DNA of 64,000 bases from Psilocybe cubensis (Eukaryota): the NCBI GenBank assembly GCA_017499595.2, contig CM039007.1:1488001-1552000 (forward strand), in the 5' to 3' direction. Made by a program: the position numbers and the translations under genes. The notes under the pieces are model-generated. The model ran no database searches. It was not told where the DNA came from and saw only the letters and a program-made list of their open reading frames with translations. Positions 26,945 through 37,283 of the stretch are shown piece after piece. Numbering within the stretch: the stretch's first letter is position 1; each line of letters begins with the position of its first letter.

Positions 26945-28230
26945 ATGTCGAATCCAACTGACCCATCCCACAACCACAGCAATGGCAACAATGGCAACAA
27001 TGGCTTTGACGCCCAGACTGACGTTGACAACAACACATCTGACGTTGAGTCTGACCATGACTATTCAGACGATGATACATCCTCTGTCGTTGAACTCGAA
27101 GCGGAAGACTTCCCTGGCTATTTTACTGAGCGCGATGGCCGTCTTTATCATTCCGGGCAATCACCTTACCCTTTGCCGGTAGATGCCCCAGAACAAGAGG
27201 TGTGTGGCTCACAAACGATTGAAAGGAACGGTTTACTCAAAGGATTTTTTGCTTCCCAGAGACTTAATTTCCAACACCTACTGTTCAAAGAGTTTTTTCA
27301 AGGAAATTGTGTAGGACCTGAGGTAGAGTTGTTTACCGACCCGCAAAGAACCATGGCTCTGGATCTATGCACAGGGAAAGGAACATGGTATGTGATTCGC
27401 TCCATGCACTGTTATCCGATCGATAATCCGATGTCATACATCATAGGGTCATGGAAATGGCACACCAGTTTCCACAAGTCCGTTTTCGAGCCATTGACAT
27501 AGGTGATTAATACCTTTTACCTTATCGGAAATCCAAGATTATGTTAATCGTGTCGCTACTCGGCAGTACCCATTGCCACCAGGTATCCTTTGGAGAACGT
27601 GCAATTCGAAGTGGACGATGTGAACAATGACCTTCGGTGGAACAACGAAACATTCGACCTTGTGAATGCTCGCACAATTGCCATGGCCGTAAGTGAACAA
27701 TTGTCTGTCGCAAATCCCTTACTAATGGGAATAATCAGGTCCGAGATTGTCCACGACTCATTCGAGAAGTCGCTCGCGTGCTCCGTCCCGGGGGTGTATT
27801 TGTATCCGTTGAATGGTCGCCTTACCCAGCAGTAGACCTTACGGTCCGTGAGGACTCAGCTTCCTACGCTCCTGCCTCGGCTCGGTTTCACGAAGCCATC
27901 AATCAGGCGCTGCTCAATCATTGTGGTCTTCGACCCATTGCTGGACAAATCCACACTCTTCTGGCAAACACCGGGTCCTTTAGGGACATTGTTTCCTCAC
28001 CACGTTCAGTCCCAGTAGGAACGTGGTCAAATTCCCGTGTAAGAGCCATCGGAGAATATTGTCTGGAGATGAATACCCGTTATGCAGACTCCGTCAAGAC
28101 GCTTCTGATCGACTCCGGATGGACAGAAGGCGACGTAGACCGGCTCTGTGATGAATATATCCGGGAAATCAGGAGCGGGGACAAGAAGTTGGTCAACATA
28201 TTGTATATCGTGCATGCAAGGAAGGTATAA
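26945..28230 (+). CDS. Class I SAM-dependent methyltransferase, LaeA-like/TAM family
   Basis: Acidic N-terminus; RDGRLYHS..YPLPVDAPEQERL; motif I ALDLCTGKGTW; NVQFEVDDVN; TFDLVNAR; VARVLRPGGVFVSVEW; C-terminal VHARKV. Confidence 0.88.
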
Positions 28231-29663
28231 TACATAGTTGATGTCTGCGGATTGCGGACTGTGAATGGCCTCGTTTCCGTTTTAAATTGTGATAGTATAG
28301 ATAGATACACACCATGTACTTGTTCTTCCGACGCGACCTTTTCTAGCTAGTCTCGCTAATGTTATCACCTTAATGCTGCGTCCACTCCGTTTCCTTTCTG
28401 TGGTATATCTGAACCCTTTGTTCGGAGCCGTATGAACAAACAAGGATGTCATACACAACCATGATATGTGGATACTACACTGCGGTGTTAAACCCACGTT
28501 CAATATGCTTTTGACATGCACAAAATGGATGGGAGCGTCCATTACGGGATGCTGCCGCACAATGTTGACAGCTTGCAGAAGCGAAGAGATCAGGCGACGA
28601 CGCCTTTAGACCCTGAAGGGTTACGATTGGCGGAAAACGGTTAAACGAATCCGTTTATATCTTTGCTCTGGCCCATGTGGTATTCAAGTTGAAATGCTGA
28701 CTGATGGGGCAGGTATGCAGAATCCAAATTGTGGGAGATCAATATCTGTTTGTAGAAATCATGGGCACCGTGTTGCGCAACAAAAGATGATTGTCCGTGA
28801 CCAGAAAATATTTTGAATCGCCTTGACGAAAGAAATAAGTGATGCTATTGCATCCTCTAGATTTCTTGACGTCGATATTTATGTTCAATTTGAAATAAGA
28901 AAGCGGGGGGAGACAAGGTTTCTGTCCTCCACAAAGTGGCGATGCAAAGGTTTAAACCTAGAAGGCTACTTGGATCGTGGGTTGGCCACGCAAAGGCATA
29001 GTATGCAACGGTTGACAGAACCTTATAGATACCCTAGAATAACATCTAGTCTTTACAGAAGCATAGATGCTTGGCAGATTGACTCGGTGTGAAAAGCATG
29101 GATCTGCATATTCATAGCAGTTTTCATGTTCCTTCAAAATCGAGTTGTTGTTGCAACCACGCTTTGGTAGCGTGATTCGAAGAATTGTAGTAGATAGCCT
29201 GCGGGTTCGATGTTATTCAGGTCCCAGAGGACTCCCATACAATGCAAAGCTGCTGCCAGATGGAGACGGTGGCAAGGCCCCACCGGGATATAGGATTACC
29301 AGAGAACCCATTAATTATAGATCATGAACGGTGAGGGAGCAGAAAGTCTGTTTGTTCAATGAGGTAACTGGGCCTGGATCGTTACAACCATACTGCAAAG
29401 ATTCCAGAGACGCGATGGAAATGAGAGAAAGGGGCCAGACCAAAGTCAAGAGTCGAATGTCAAGCAGGAAAGTACAAAACGCCATGGCTCGAAACCTGAC
29501 CTGAAATTGGACGCGTTTCATTGGTGAAGGTCGAGGTTTGGCAGAGAGTCCCAAAATGGAAAGGCAGGCGCGGACAGATTCGGAAAGGTGTCAACAAACT
29601 CCGAAATAACGGCCAACTCGAGTAACACCAGATTTTCTCCCAATTACTTCAAAAATCTTCGTC

Positions 29664-31165
29664 ATGTTGGCCGCAAGAGCGTCGACAGCGCGCAACGTAC
29701 AGCGCATCACGCGCTCATTCGCCACCGTCGTCGATACCTCTGGTGTCAAGGTCGCTGCGGTCGACCATAATCAGCCCACTGCTTCCGTCACCGTCCTCGT
29801 AAAAGCTGGCAGTCGTTTCGAACCCAAGGAGGGTGTCGCCAACGCTCTCAAAAACTTTGCATTCAAGGTAAGCGATGCATGAATCTAATATCCCAGAGCG
29901 GTTCTCATCGAAGTCTTTAGAGCACCAAGGCACGATCAGCAATTGGGACCGTTCGCGAGAGTGAGCTGTATGGTGGTGTCTTATACTCGACCCTTGGACG
30001 GGAACATTTGGCGTTGACCGCGGAATTCTTGAAGGCGGATGCGTGAGTCCTCTAGTTTCAGTCGCTTATGACTTTCATTTAACTTTAGAGGGCTGAATAT
30101 CTCAGCCCTTACTTCGTGGACGTTCTCACTTCGTTTGTCACTTCGGCCAAGTTTGCTCGTCATGAATTTGAGGAATATGTCGCGCCCCTAGTGGCCGCAG
30201 AGGCGGAATCTGCTACCCATGACCCCGCTACCCGTGCTATCGAGGCCGCCCACCAACTTGCCTTCCGTTCCGGCCTCGGTTCTTCCCTGTTTGCCCCTGC
30301 CCACAATCACATCACTGTTGAGGACATCAAGTCATATGCCTCAGCTGCCTTCACTAAGGGCAACATTGCCGTCATTGGTACCGGTATCGACCAGGCAACT
30401 CTCTCCAATCTCGTTGAGAAATCCCTAGCCAAGGCTGCTGCTGGCACTAGCGCTTCTTCCCCTGCCACAAAATATTTCGGCGGTGAGACTCGTTTGGATG
30501 GTCATGGCGGCCCTCAAACTGTCTTCGTTGGATTCGGAACGACTGGAGCGCCATCAGCGGAGCTTGCTACCCTCGCTGCACATCTCTCGACAACTCCTTC
30601 CGTCAAGTGGTCTCAGGGTATCTCCCCTATCTCCTCCCTTCCTAAAGGTACATCAGTACAACCTGTATACCTTCCTTACTCCGATGCCTCCTTGTTCGGT
30701 CTTCTCGTTCAGGGAACCACTATCGAAGGTGTTAAGGAGGCCGGAAAGGCTGCTGTCGCTGCTCTGAAGGCTGCCGCCAAAGGTATCAGCGCCGACGAAC
30801 TAAAGTCCGCTGTTTCCAAGGCCAAGTTCGCTGCTGCTAGTGCCGTGGACACCCGGGAGGGACTCGTTACAGCTCTCGGATCCAAGGTATGGTTGTAATC
30901 TCCCTTGTTATTTGCATTCATTGACGAACTACTTGTCCAGGCTTTCTCTGGTTCAGAAGTTTCCTTGGAATCCACCTTGTCATCGCTGGATAACGTCAAC
31001 GTTGATGCTTTCTCCAAGGTCGGTTCTTTCTCCAGGAGGCGCCGTCGCCGTTCCATGCTGATAGACTACTACTAGGCCACTGCCTCGCTGCTGTCCGCGA
31101 AGCCAACTTTCGTCGCCATTGGAGACTCGCACGCTCTTCCTTACGCCGACGAGTTGGGTCTCTGA
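29664..31165 (+). CDS. QCR2: Cytochrome bc1 complex core subunit 2 (M16 family)
   Basis: Presequence, then VKAGSRFEPKEGVANALKNFAFKST, RESELYGG, YSDASLFG and C-terminal IGDSHALPYADELGL*. Two ATTGG (reverse CCAAT) boxes upstream at 29506 and 29520. Confidence 0.95.
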
Positions 31166-32492
31166 CTACGTAGAATGGGACGATGTTGAAGTATTGTTTA
31201 GAAGGCATACTTTTCCAATAATTCATCATAAATCTTTCATTTTGGATCATCGCTTCAGTGTCGCGTTTCACTTTCTTACTGACTTCACAAATGGCCTAAC
31301 AACATTCGGGGAAAGCATTTGTGCTATGCAGAAAACATCTGCTCCTCGTCTAACTCAAAATCTCTATTCTTTGCCAGCCATTTTGAGGACTTATAGTATT
31401 AATAGTGAGTGTCACATCCCGACCCCAGCTAGATTCATCCTGTTTTCGAAGGGCGTTTAAATGTAGCCAACTATCACACCAGTGACTGTATTTTTATCGT
31501 GTGTCAGCGGCCAGCTGCGTCTGACGTTCCCGCGAGAGTGTAATATCAAATACATGTTTGACTTTGTGTTGAAAATAAATTTGTAGCAAACAGGTGTGTA
31601 CTCTTTATATTTCAATTAATCCACTTAGAGACTCTTTGTCCTGAGGAGTCTGCAAGTTGAAAAGTCGAGCCTGTAACCGTATTACTGGCACTGACTGGGG
31701 TTGCCTTAGCATTCCTAAAATGGAATCGTTTGCACCATATTTGTTAGCTACAGATTTGGGGCGGAGTTCAGATGAATGTTGAGGAGATTCCCCGAGTAGA
31801 GTAGTTACATATCGTCCCTTGAGGCTGGATGTATTTTGAAGGCATGTAAGTGTGATATTCTCCCATGACCGGTACATTAATAGTTCAAGTTGAATAACAG
31901 TTCCACCGAGATCCACTTTCACCGAATATTTACCATCCATTCGCTTTTTCTCTGGAAATCGATTCCCAACCTTACCCAACCCATTTCCAAACATTCAAGG
32001 TCGAGGTGATCCCGTTTGATAGGATCAGACGCCTATTTATTATACCCATAGAATATAACTTGTCATCGCTTCCAAAATGACTCACTATGACTCGCATCCG
32101 GCGTCATGATCGGTGGTACTGTAGTGTGCCTATAGTTTCCTTTTATATGCGAGCTACAGGTTTGTGCTTTAGTCTGCGCTTACACGAGATCATCGGAGTT
32201 GGTTAATCGACCATTGTTCCAACGAGCAATATATCTGTTGCCTGCACGGCGCACAGTGAAACGCACAAAGACACGCCCCCGATGTCAAGCGAGAGGCTTG
32301 TTGCTCTTCTGGTTATGAGTCACATACGGAGGCGTAGCTGCCATCGATGCGCCTTTCAACAACAACGCACCTCTCAGAAAAATCAACTATGGACGAGTAT
32401 AAAGACCAGTCGACGACGGCTATGAGCCTTATAACGTTCTTCACAGATACAACAATCACTTCAAAGCAAGAAAACAACCTCCTCTAATCGCA

Positions 32493-32948
32493 ATGCAATC
32501 ATCCTCGTCTTCTTCTGTTCTTGCCTCGTCCTCTACACCACAAAAATCCCCAAAAAACTGGCAAGCAGCTTTTGGACAGTTGGCGTCGACATACGGTTTC
32601 ACTGGAAATATTCCATCCCTTCCCAAAAAGATGCAAACCAAAAAATCGAGCGTTACGACTTCAAAAGCGTCGATATACTCCAACGTATCGTCGCAGTCGA
32701 CCTTAACAGAATCTCGCTCGACGAAGGACTATGAAACCGCATTTGGTCAATTGTCGACATCATATGGCTTCGTTGCCGGCGTTCCGTGCCTACCCTCGAA
32801 AGCCTCTAAATCAACAAAATCGTCGACGTCTAAATCACCAAGTCGACCATCGATTATGGATGCTCAACCAAGCAAAAACTACCAGCAATCGTATGGAGAG
32901 CTCCCTTCCACTTATGGGCATGGCTCTCCAATTGCTACCAGGTTATAG
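32493..32948 (+). CDS. Small intronless Ser/Lys-rich protein with three K-[ND]-[WY]-x3-[FY]-G-x-L-x2-[TS]-Y-G repeats, function unknown
   Basis: Repeats KNWQAAFGQLASTYGF, KDYETAFGQLSTSYGF and KNYQQSYGELPSTYGH; TATAAA at ~32398 upstream. Confidence 0.75.
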   Translation: MQSSSSSSVLASSSTPQKSPKNWQAAFGQLASTYGFTGNIPSLPKKMQTKKSSVTTSKASIYSNVSSQSTLTESRSTKDYETAFGQLSTSYGFVAGVPCLPSKASKSTKSSTSKSPSRPSIMDAQPSKNYQQSYGELPSTYGHGSPIATRL

Positions 32949-34037
32949 AAAGGATTCTAGGCACAACACGATGTACGTATCTGATAAGACTTCTATTCCA
33001 TCCAGCTTACTGAAATGAATGACTTTAGGGCCTCTTCTTGACTACGCTTATGGAGGGGCTGAGGCATTTTAATTAGATGTACTGTTAATTCTGCTAAATT
33101 AAAGCATACCTGCGCAATCAGTGCTGCTTACACTAATTATTTACTGCGTAACATCATGAAGTTTTCCTTGAGTTAATCAGTTCCCTGGCCGAGACTCGTG
33201 CTCGAGAAGTACGTACTTTGTGCACCTCCAACGGGGCATCAAGTGATCTAAAATTAGATTTGAGGCGCTGTGCCGCAGGGAGGGCTTGGCGAATGTCACT
33301 ATCTTTCTTTTACACCCTTGAATAGACAAGTAAACGAAACATCAAAATACAATCACCACGATACCATCATCAAGGCTAAGGGAGCTGCAAAGTCGTCCTT
33401 TCACCACGAACGCTAAATGTACGACTCAACAGGACGGAGGTGTGGATTGCATGAGTTAGGGTTCTTCGCCTCGGTGCGGTCCAGTATTGGCAAATGTTTT
33501 CACTGGCGACTTCAGAGATCGGGGCCGCAGTTGGTGGAAATTGGTAACCTCCTGGAAAAGTGTTTTAACACACGTATATGGTGAGTATACGGTGCGCTGC
33601 CTTGTTGCGGAAAGTTGAAAGAGTTGTGCTGTATCAAATCATGGACGAATTGACTAGTACTAGTAGTAGTAAGGGATGTTATCACGCCTCTAAAATTTTT
33701 CTACATTCACAAAATCACGGATCAACAAGAAAGGACAAACAGTTGGCCAGAGATGTTTCCGATGTTTCTTCGAGGCAACTACATAAATGGCTTGAATTTA
33801 GCAGTATCAAGCTGCTGCGAATGCTGACCTTTGGCCAAAGGAAGTTGCGGTCTTTACGAAGAAGCCTGGGAATCCAGAATTCAATTCGTTGTTCCGCAGT
33901 GTCAAAACATGTTGCCGCGTGCGGCAAAGTTAACCGGTATACCCGAACCTCTGAATTTCCAGTGGGAGGTCTCGCGATGACATGACCATGTTGAACGGTT
34001 CAGTTGGTTGTCAACTTTCACCGTCAGTATCAGAACA

Positions 34038-35103
34038 ATGCCAGATACCAAGACTCGAGAGCCCTATGTCAGGCTTGCTACAACATCAGAATTCAACGAA
34101 TTCATTGACACTGCGCAAAGAGCATTTATCGCTGATCCCGTTTACAATTACTTTGGAAACGTCAAAAAGGTATGCATTCGTTCAAGCTCCAACTTGAACA
34201 TGGTTGAAATTTCATCCGATCGGTTTAGTTTCTAGATTTAGAGAAAGATCTGAAGCCATGCAAACCCAGACGAGCAATGATAGCTTTCCTAACGAAGGCA
34301 TGCCATATCATTGGAGGACGAATTACAGTTGTTGTCGAGAAGAAAGAAGGTTCGGAAGAGGAACGTATCCTCTCAGGGTGTCTCTGGCTTCCACCACATA
34401 AACGTCTGGAGGCTTGGATGGTACCCACCATTGTAAGAGCAGGAATACTTCCGGTTCTGAAAGGTTGGGGTATGACTGGTTTCAGAGTGGGTGCCTGCTG
34501 TCTCTGAATAAAAGCGTCTGATATCGCATTTGTTGACCGCATTTTTCTAGCGCATCGTGTTTGGCTATCAATCAGCTGCTGAAAAAAAGATGAAAGATGT
34601 TTTCAAAGCTGCAAATTCCAAAGCTTCTCCTGAGGAATCGTGGTACCTGGCGCTTGCATTTACAGCACCGGAAGCTCAAGGAAAAGGTATGATACAACAC
34701 TTGAGTTTGATGATATGCATATAAATGAATTATCAACAGGGTTTGTTTCGCTCCTCATTCGGGAGCATATTGCCTTGACTCCTAATGCAATTCTTACCCT
34801 TGAGGCCACGTCGAAAAAGTCTCGGGATATTTATGCTCATCTAGGCTTTGAGGCAAGTTTTCCAAAGTTTTCATATCTGTTTTGTGAGTCCATGATTAAA
34901 GATGAAAACTATTAGAATCCTGTGGCAGCAGGATTTGGAAAGGGAAAGGTTGACGCCCGCGGAATCAACGCCAAAAAGGAGGAAGCAGTCGGCGTAGAAG
35001 TCTGGGCAATGGCGAAGGTCAGTCAAAACCGAATTTGACGTACCTGTATTCCTACTCATGTTCATGTGCGCACATCTCTTACAGTGGCCGCCCAAACCAG
35101 TAG
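34038..35103 (+). CDS. GNAT family N-acetyltransferase, copy 1
   Basis: AFIADPVYNYF, LWLPPHKRL, WYLALAFTAPEAQGKG (acetyl-CoA motif A), TLEATSKKSRDIYAHLGF. Five introns, including a GC-AG intron at 34853-34915. Confidence 0.85.
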
Positions 35104-36170
35104 ACCCTTAGACTCGTGATTACGACTCACTAAGGTCGATGTAGGTTTATTCTATCAAATCTACTTGGCTTTACTTTTTTTCGTAGACATTAGCAATGTA
35201 GTATGCCTACATCTTTATATACCCGCTCTAATATAATCACCTTTCAAGCATATCACTTGTGTTGGCTGCCACTGAAGTAGGCCAAGAAATCATATACGAG
35301 CGCTTAACCTGGCGCTAAGCCCAAATATAGTAGGCCACTTAACATCCCTGAACCGCATTTTGTTCGCCTCCTATCAGCCTCCGCCGTCTATGAATTACCC
35401 GACAACCTCTCACTTATTCAACGCGAAACGTTGTTTCGATACAATTCCCAACTTGGTCCAGGAGCTGCCATGAAATTCATTTATATAACAAGACAGATCA
35501 ATTCAACTATGGCATTAGGTCTTTCGAGCTTGCTTCATCTATATGCTTCCGATGTGATGAAGTCTTTTATACAGCTATTGGCTTCAATGATCTTAATCAC
35601 ACCTGACACTACCCTCGGTGGCGACCCATCTGTTTTTAACCCGAGCATGGCCGAGGCCGACCCCATTCCTAAAATAGCTCCGCACAGGTATTTTAAGGGT
35701 CGCGATATCACACTTTCGGCCCTCCTTTCACGCTCATGACCGCATTTTCGTGAGCTTTGAGTTCCTGTGGAACATGAATACCGTTTATGAGCTGCTTTTA
35801 ATCCCCTTGCTGCTTCTATTTGTCGGTGTTCGGTCCGCCACCACATCCAAAACAGATGGTGGCACTAAATAAAATGGATGGAGAAAGTGTCGGCTGTACA
35901 AGCGGCGTGTAGATAGCACTTTGAAAGTGAGTTTCCTGTATGGTCAATGTGCTAAGCCATTAACTTATCGCAGACTAAGCATCGGGGTCATGCTCCGCAA
36001 AGATCCTGCCAGCGGGCAACGTTTATTCATTTCTCTATGTCCTCGGATCGATTCAGTACACAAGATCGTCCACAGGAGTGGGAATGTGGAAGATGTATAA
36101 AAATGGTACTAATGATTGAACGGAACTTCGTTATCTTTCCCCACATTTCATTCAAGGACACCTGCCCAGG

Positions 36171-37136
36171 ATGCAAAAAACGTATATCAGAACAGCATCA
36201 AAGGAGGATTTCGACCAGATATGTAGGCTTGGGACGAGATGCCTTACAGAAGACCCCTTGCTTGCGTATTTCGGATGCACGACTACAGTGAGTTTGCTAG
36301 ATAAGATACTTGAGCCTTTCATCGGGGTTATTGATCGTTTATGTGCCAATAGAACGAAAAGCCGTCATCGAGACACGTTGTTGCTCTTCAACTCTACCTC
36401 TCATTTCTACTCCATTCATGTTTGCAGGTTGGGGGAGTAATTGATCTACTTTGCACCAAATCCAAAGAAACTGGCGAAGAGGAGTTTGCTGCCGTATCAG
36501 TCTGGCTTCCTCCCCAGAAACGCCTTGCGCTTTGGAACGTTTTCGTCCTCCTCTTCTCAGGGATAATTGCTCTAGGAGAATGTATAGGCACTCAGGGGTT
36601 ATGGGTAAGGATTTAAACAAACCAAAGGGATACGCAATTCTCGGCTGATTGGTCTTGTTCCTACAGCGCTTACTATGGGAGTTCCCAGCCGTAGTAAATG
36701 AATCTTGGAGAGCAGCTTGCTATTCCCTCGATGATCCTGCGAGTTGGTCATTATGTCAAACCTGGTATCTCAAAATAGCCTTTACTGCCCCTGAGCACCG
36801 GAATCAAGGTCGGTGACATTATTTGTTCTAAGTTTATTCTGTAGTTGACACAACATGCTTGCAGGGAACATGACGTCGTTAGTTCACCACCGACTTGCAA
36901 ATGGCTCGGGTGTATCATTCACACTGGATGTGCCATCCAAGAAGCTCGAGCAGTATTTCTCACAGATGAATTTTGAGGTGACTGTTCCTTTTTGACCAAG
37001 TTTAAATTTTTTTCTTATACAAACGGCCTAGATCATGAATCGATGTAGACTTGGAGCAGGTTATGTGGATGAATTTGGAAATCCAGAGCAGGGTGGCCGT
37101 GGTATCGAAATCGTGAATATGGTGAAACACCACTGA
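36171..37136 (+). CDS. GNAT family N-acetyltransferase, copy 2 (diverged paralogue)
   Basis: Splices to an intact ORF: CLTEDPLLAYF, VWLPPQKRL, WYLKIAFTAPEHRNQG, TLDVPSKKLEQYFSQMNF. Four intron positions match copy 1. Confidence 0.78.
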
Positions 37137-37283
37137 TTTTCGATTTAGTCACTGGCAGGGTTTAATTTGAAGCATGAGTTCCTACAAATAAAATACAAAT
37201 AAATTATGTTACAGCGTCCCAAGGCTGTATATAGGTACATTTCATGGTGGAAGGTATGACCTCCTTTTGTTTGCTAGCCAGAA

